From a virus (Duplodnaviria > Caudoviricetes): 28,185 nt of DNA. The notes below the pieces were generated by a model, which saw nothing but the letters and a program-made list of their open reading frames with translations, made no database searches and was not told the origin of the DNA. Below are positions 25,469 through 28,185 of the stretch, in pieces (position 1 is the first letter of the stretch; each line of letters begins with the position of its first letter). The stretch spans positions 1 to 28,185 of the IMG/VR virus record IMGVR_UViG_3300030372_000482; one strand, given 5' to 3'. A program made the position numbers and the translations under genes.

Positions 25469-25948
25469 TTATTGTCCGTAATATATATAATTTGAACCAT
25501 CAGGTTCTTGTCTTTGTGTATATTGTACTTGTGCAGTTCCATCTTTATCCGCCATATAAAGTTTTCCTATTGCTACTAAACCTTGAACAACACCATGTGT
25601 AGGTCCAACAGGTAAAACATCATTTTCATTTATTGGTGCATTACCTGCACTTATTGCTACTGCACCTGACCAACTAACCTCGTAAACTTGATATTTGTAA
25701 TACCCAGCAGGTATTAGCTTTGTTGCACCTGTATATACATCAGGCGTTGCATTGTAAGTAAATGATAATTTAGTATATCTATCATATACTTCATGTATAG
25801 TAGAATAAGCATATTGCACAGATTTATCCATGTCATTTGTAAACTTAACTAAATGCCTAATTTTATCAGAACTTACAGAATTGTCTATCCTTGTATCTTC
25901 TGTTGTTATATAAGCATCAAATGGTAATTCTGTAACTGCTTGTATCAT
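25469..25948 (-). CDS. Hypothetical virion protein
   Basis: 159 aa, first gene after late motif copy 5; GYYKYQVYE. Confidence 0.65.
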   Translation of the reverse strand: MIQAVTELPFDAYITTEDTRIDNSVSSDKIRHLVKFTNDMDKSVQYAYSTIHEVYDRYTKLSFTYNATPDVYTGATKLIPAGYYKYQVYEVSWSGAVAISAGNAPINENDVLPVGPTHGVVQGLVAIGKLYMADKDGTAQVQYTQRQEPDGSNYIYYGQ

Positions 25949-25962
25949 AATTAAAGTCTTAC

Positions 25963-25992
25963 TATATAATAGAAAAAGGTCTAATTTATTGT
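25963..25992 (-). promoter_or_regulatory. Putative late promoter, copy 5 (portal/lysis operon)
   Basis: ACAATAAAT-N10-TCTATTATATA directly downstream of a terminator. Confidence 0.75.
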
Positions 25993-26002
25993 ACTATATA
26001 AG

Positions 26003-26026
26003 AAAAAAGGGGCACAATGCCCCCTT
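26003..26026 (-). terminator. Rho-independent terminator after the tail tube gene
   Basis: Minus strand GGGGCA-TTG-TGCCCC-TTTTTT. Confidence 0.8.
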
Positions 26027-26068
26027 AATCAAGAAAATATATGAAAATACTAATTAGTAAAAAGTATC

Positions 26069-26650
26069 TTATGAAACAGTTGGGAATGTACCCGCCTTGT
26101 TTGTAAATCCTGCATTGTCAAAAGGTTCTGTTGTAAAATCTTCTAAAAATGCCATTGGAACAGCTTCTAAACCATCGAATGTCAATGTATAACCGTTTCT
26201 ATCCCCAAATGCAACACCACTATCAGCAGTACCTGCATTTAAACTCATTCCATTAGCCATACCCATTGCAACTAATACATCATGACCATTTGCAAGTGTA
26301 GCGTTTAGTTGTGCAAATATTCTAACTTGCGTTTGTCCTAATAGCTTAATTTCTTCTTGGTCTTGTTGTGTTAATCTGTTTAAAACAATGTTTACTGTTG
26401 GTGTATAAAATATAGTTCCATTTTCTACTGAACCTGTTATTGTATCTGTTATTGAAGATGAACCTCTTGGTAGTGCGTATCTATAAATAGTGTTACCACC
26501 AAAATCTATTGTATCAATTGTTGATTTGTCAACTGCATCATAAGCAAAACTAGTAATTTCATCAAATACTGAAAAGTAGATAAATTTGACTCCACCTGAT
26601 ACTCTATTACAGTCTAAACCTCTACCTTTTGTTAAATTTGTACATGCCAT
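26069..26650 (-). CDS. Putative major tail tube protein
   Basis: 193 aa; MAC..TKGR..DC...GGVK.IYF, SVENGTIFYTPTV, GDRNGYTLTFDGLE; flanked by terminators right after the capsid gene, as expected for a high-copy virion protein. Confidence 0.6.
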   Translation of the reverse strand: MACTNLTKGRGLDCNRVSGGVKFIYFSVFDEITSFAYDAVDKSTIDTIDFGGNTIYRYALPRGSSSITDTITGSVENGTIFYTPTVNIVLNRLTQQDQEEIKLLGQTQVRIFAQLNATLANGHDVLVAMGMANGMSLNAGTADSGVAFGDRNGYTLTFDGLEAVPMAFLEDFTTEPFDNAGFTNKAGTFPTVS

Positions 26651-26670
26651 ATTAAATAGTTTTTAAAGTT

Positions 26671-26701
26671 AAAAACAGGGGGTTTTTACGCCCCCTATTT
26701 T
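26671..26701 (-). terminator. Rho-independent terminator after the major capsid gene
   Basis: Minus strand AAAATAGGGGG-CGTAAAAA-CCCCCTGTTTTT. Confidence 0.8.
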
Positions 26702-26707
26702 GTATTA

Positions 26708-27625
26708 TTATGATTGTCTTACAATATCCGCACCAACTCCTGTTTGTACACCCATTGAATATTTTGCAACTACTCTAATATTATCTGAACCATCAAGGTT
26801 AGCCATATCAAGTAAAGTTATTCTAGTTGTATCAGAAAGTAAATCAGTTCCTGCAAACATATTGCTTCTTGTTGCAGCTACTAATTGATTGTCTACCATT
26901 CCTGGACATACTGCAATTTTGTAACCTTCAAATACAGGCTCATAATCACCATTCATGTTGTAAGCATTTACATATCCTAATGTAGAAACTGCTGAAACAT
27001 AGAATGCGTAAGTTTTTGCATTCATGTAAATATATAAATCTTCTTTTCTTAATATAGGTGATATATTAGCAGCCATATCTGCTGTTAATGTTTGTAAGTT
27101 TGCTATAATGTTAGCAGCAGTATAAGCACCTGAAGCAGTTGATTGTATTACAGTTGCATCAACACCTGGTAATAAAAATCCTGTTCCTGTTCCTAAGAAT
27201 CCTGCGAACTCACCATTGTTTGCAGCAACTCCTGACCAAATAGAACTTTCAGCTGCATCTGCAATTAGTTCACCCATGTATGAAATCACATAATCTTCAA
27301 AAGATGGTGGTGGTGGTGAACCTGCACCTGCTCTCATCTCTAGCGCTTCCCAGCTGCTGAGCAAAGTTTGAGAACATAGTTGCAAATTAATTTGTAAATT
27401 CTTTGGTTCTAACACTTTTTCAGTTAGTGCAAGTGTTCCATGATCTGAAAAATTACAATCACCATTACGAACTACATCAGTTGCGTTCATGCGTTGTATA
27501 TTAGATTTAAATTTAACATTTTCAATCAATGTTAAAAAATCTAAACTTTTTGTTTCTTTTAGTGCAGCTGATATATAAAAACCTGCAGCTTTACCACTAA
27601 AATTACTTGTTACATTAAATGCCAT
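26708..27625 (-). CDS. Major capsid protein
   Basis: 305 aa after the scaffold, followed by a terminator; LTEKVLEPKNLQINLQLC, ESSIWSG, FEGYKIAVCPGM, GTDLLSD, DGSDNIRVVAKYSMGVQ are consistent with an HK97-fold capsid protein. Confidence 0.8.
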   Translation of the reverse strand: MAFNVTSNFSGKAAGFYISAALKETKSLDFLTLIENVKFKSNIQRMNATDVVRNGDCNFSDHGTLALTEKVLEPKNLQINLQLCSQTLLSSWEALEMRAGAGSPPPPSFEDYVISYMGELIADAAESSIWSGVAANNGEFAGFLGTGTGFLLPGVDATVIQSTASGAYTAANIIANLQTLTADMAANISPILRKEDLYIYMNAKTYAFYVSAVSTLGYVNAYNMNGDYEPVFEGYKIAVCPGMVDNQLVAATRSNMFAGTDLLSDTTRITLLDMANLDGSDNIRVVAKYSMGVQTGVGADIVRQS

Positions 27626-27644
27626 AATTATTTATTTTTAGTTA

Positions 27645-28185
27645 TTAATATTTATTTAAATTGTATAAAAACCTCTCTTGTTTAGTAAGTTTGTTATATT
27701 GTTTTTTTGTTAATGTTGGTCTATCTGTACTAAACTTATTAGTATTAACAGGTGCTTCAGCAGGTTTTGCAGAAAGTTCTGCTTTTAACTTTTCGTTTTC
27801 TGCTTTTAGTTCATCAATACTAAATTCTACAACCTCAGTTGTTTTAGTTGTTACAGTTTTAGGTGAATCTGTTCTAGTGTTCATATCTTCTACTGTTTCT
27901 TCACTCATCTCTTCAACATCACCTGTTTCACCCATCATTTTTTTCATATCTGCAATTGCATCTTCTAAATTGTCAACTTTATCTTTTAATTCTTCATAAG
28001 ACTTAGCCCAATCTGCTTTTTCTGCAGGTGTTTCAGGGAATTCTTCTTCATAATTATCTTTTTCTTTATCCTCTAGTTCTTCTGACATTTGTTCTTTTTC
28101 TTCTTTCATATCATCAGCAGTATCTTCTTCTTCTGTTTCTGATTCCATAACTTCTGATACAATACCTTCTTCAACTCTAAATGAA
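27645..28185 (-). CDS. Capsid scaffolding protein, C-terminal part (true start at 235 across the junction)
   Basis: Very acidic, coiled-coil (IDELKAENEKLKAELSAKP), basic C-terminal tip; frame open to the window end. Confidence 0.8.
   Translation of the reverse strand, partial: SFRVEEGIVSEVMESETEEEDTADDMKEEKEQMSEELEDKEKDNYEEEFPETPAEKADWAKSYEELKDKVDNLEDAIADMKKMMGETGDVEEMSEETVEDMNTRTDSPKTVTTKTTEVVEFSIDELKAENEKLKAELSAKPAEAPVNTNKFSTDRPTLTKKQYNKLTKQERFLYNLNKY
28160..28185. repeat. Terminal direct repeat, right copy
   Basis: 25/26 identity to 1-26. Confidence 0.9.

Noticed and set aside
511-27999. All plus-strand ORFs in the track (e.g. 511..723, 1832..2092, 22845..23261, 27661..27999)
   Set aside because: They lie antisense to well-supported minus-strand genes and have the Ser/Phe/Leu-rich composition of shadow frames.
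1-28185. CRISPR array, tRNA, integrase/att site, reverse transcriptase/DGR, alternative genetic code
   Set aside because: No repeat-spacer array, cloverleaf, recombinase or RT motifs were seen by eye, and genes are intact under the standard code. tRNAscan-SE and Infernal were not run.

Overview
The window looks like an essentially complete, circularly permuted ~28.2 kb genome of a small, very AT-rich tailed phage (siphovirus-like). The first and last 26 nt are a near-identical direct repeat (1 mismatch), and a scaffold-like gene runs in frame across that junction. Every credible gene lies on the minus strand. Order in transcription direction: scaffold > major capsid > tail tube-like > small virion genes and a LamG protein > extended portal > adaptor > lysis cassette (holin-like, M15 peptidase) > metallophosphoesterase > early/replication block (SSB-like, DnaA-domain-IV-like, HTH replication initiator, HNH, NinG, sigma-like factor, DUF3310-like, DNA methyltransferase, NinB) > terminase small/large > tail chaperone-like > tail completion/tip genes > tape measure > helical protein > XkdF-like protease. 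A TAnnTTTG promoter and A-rich start regions without obvious Shine-Dalgarno sites point to a Bacteroidota (likely Flavobacteriia) host; this is inference. Most notable observations: (1) a five-copy bipartite motif (AAT-N10-TCTATTATATA) before late genes, together with a phage-encoded sigma-like factor; (2) an EK[VI]E[LF][SA] tag in the protease, its neighbour and the portal, in two cases heading a paralogous KE[LI]GV helical domain, suggesting protease-released capsid cargo; (3) a probable -1 frameshift in a displaced tail chaperone gene; (4) a 12-bp-phased DnaA-box-like array plus a phage DnaA-domain-IV-like protein; (5) a ~140-nt multi-stem intergenic RNA candidate; (6) seven micro-ORFs missing from the ORF track. 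All family assignments come from motif recognition by eye, not database searches.
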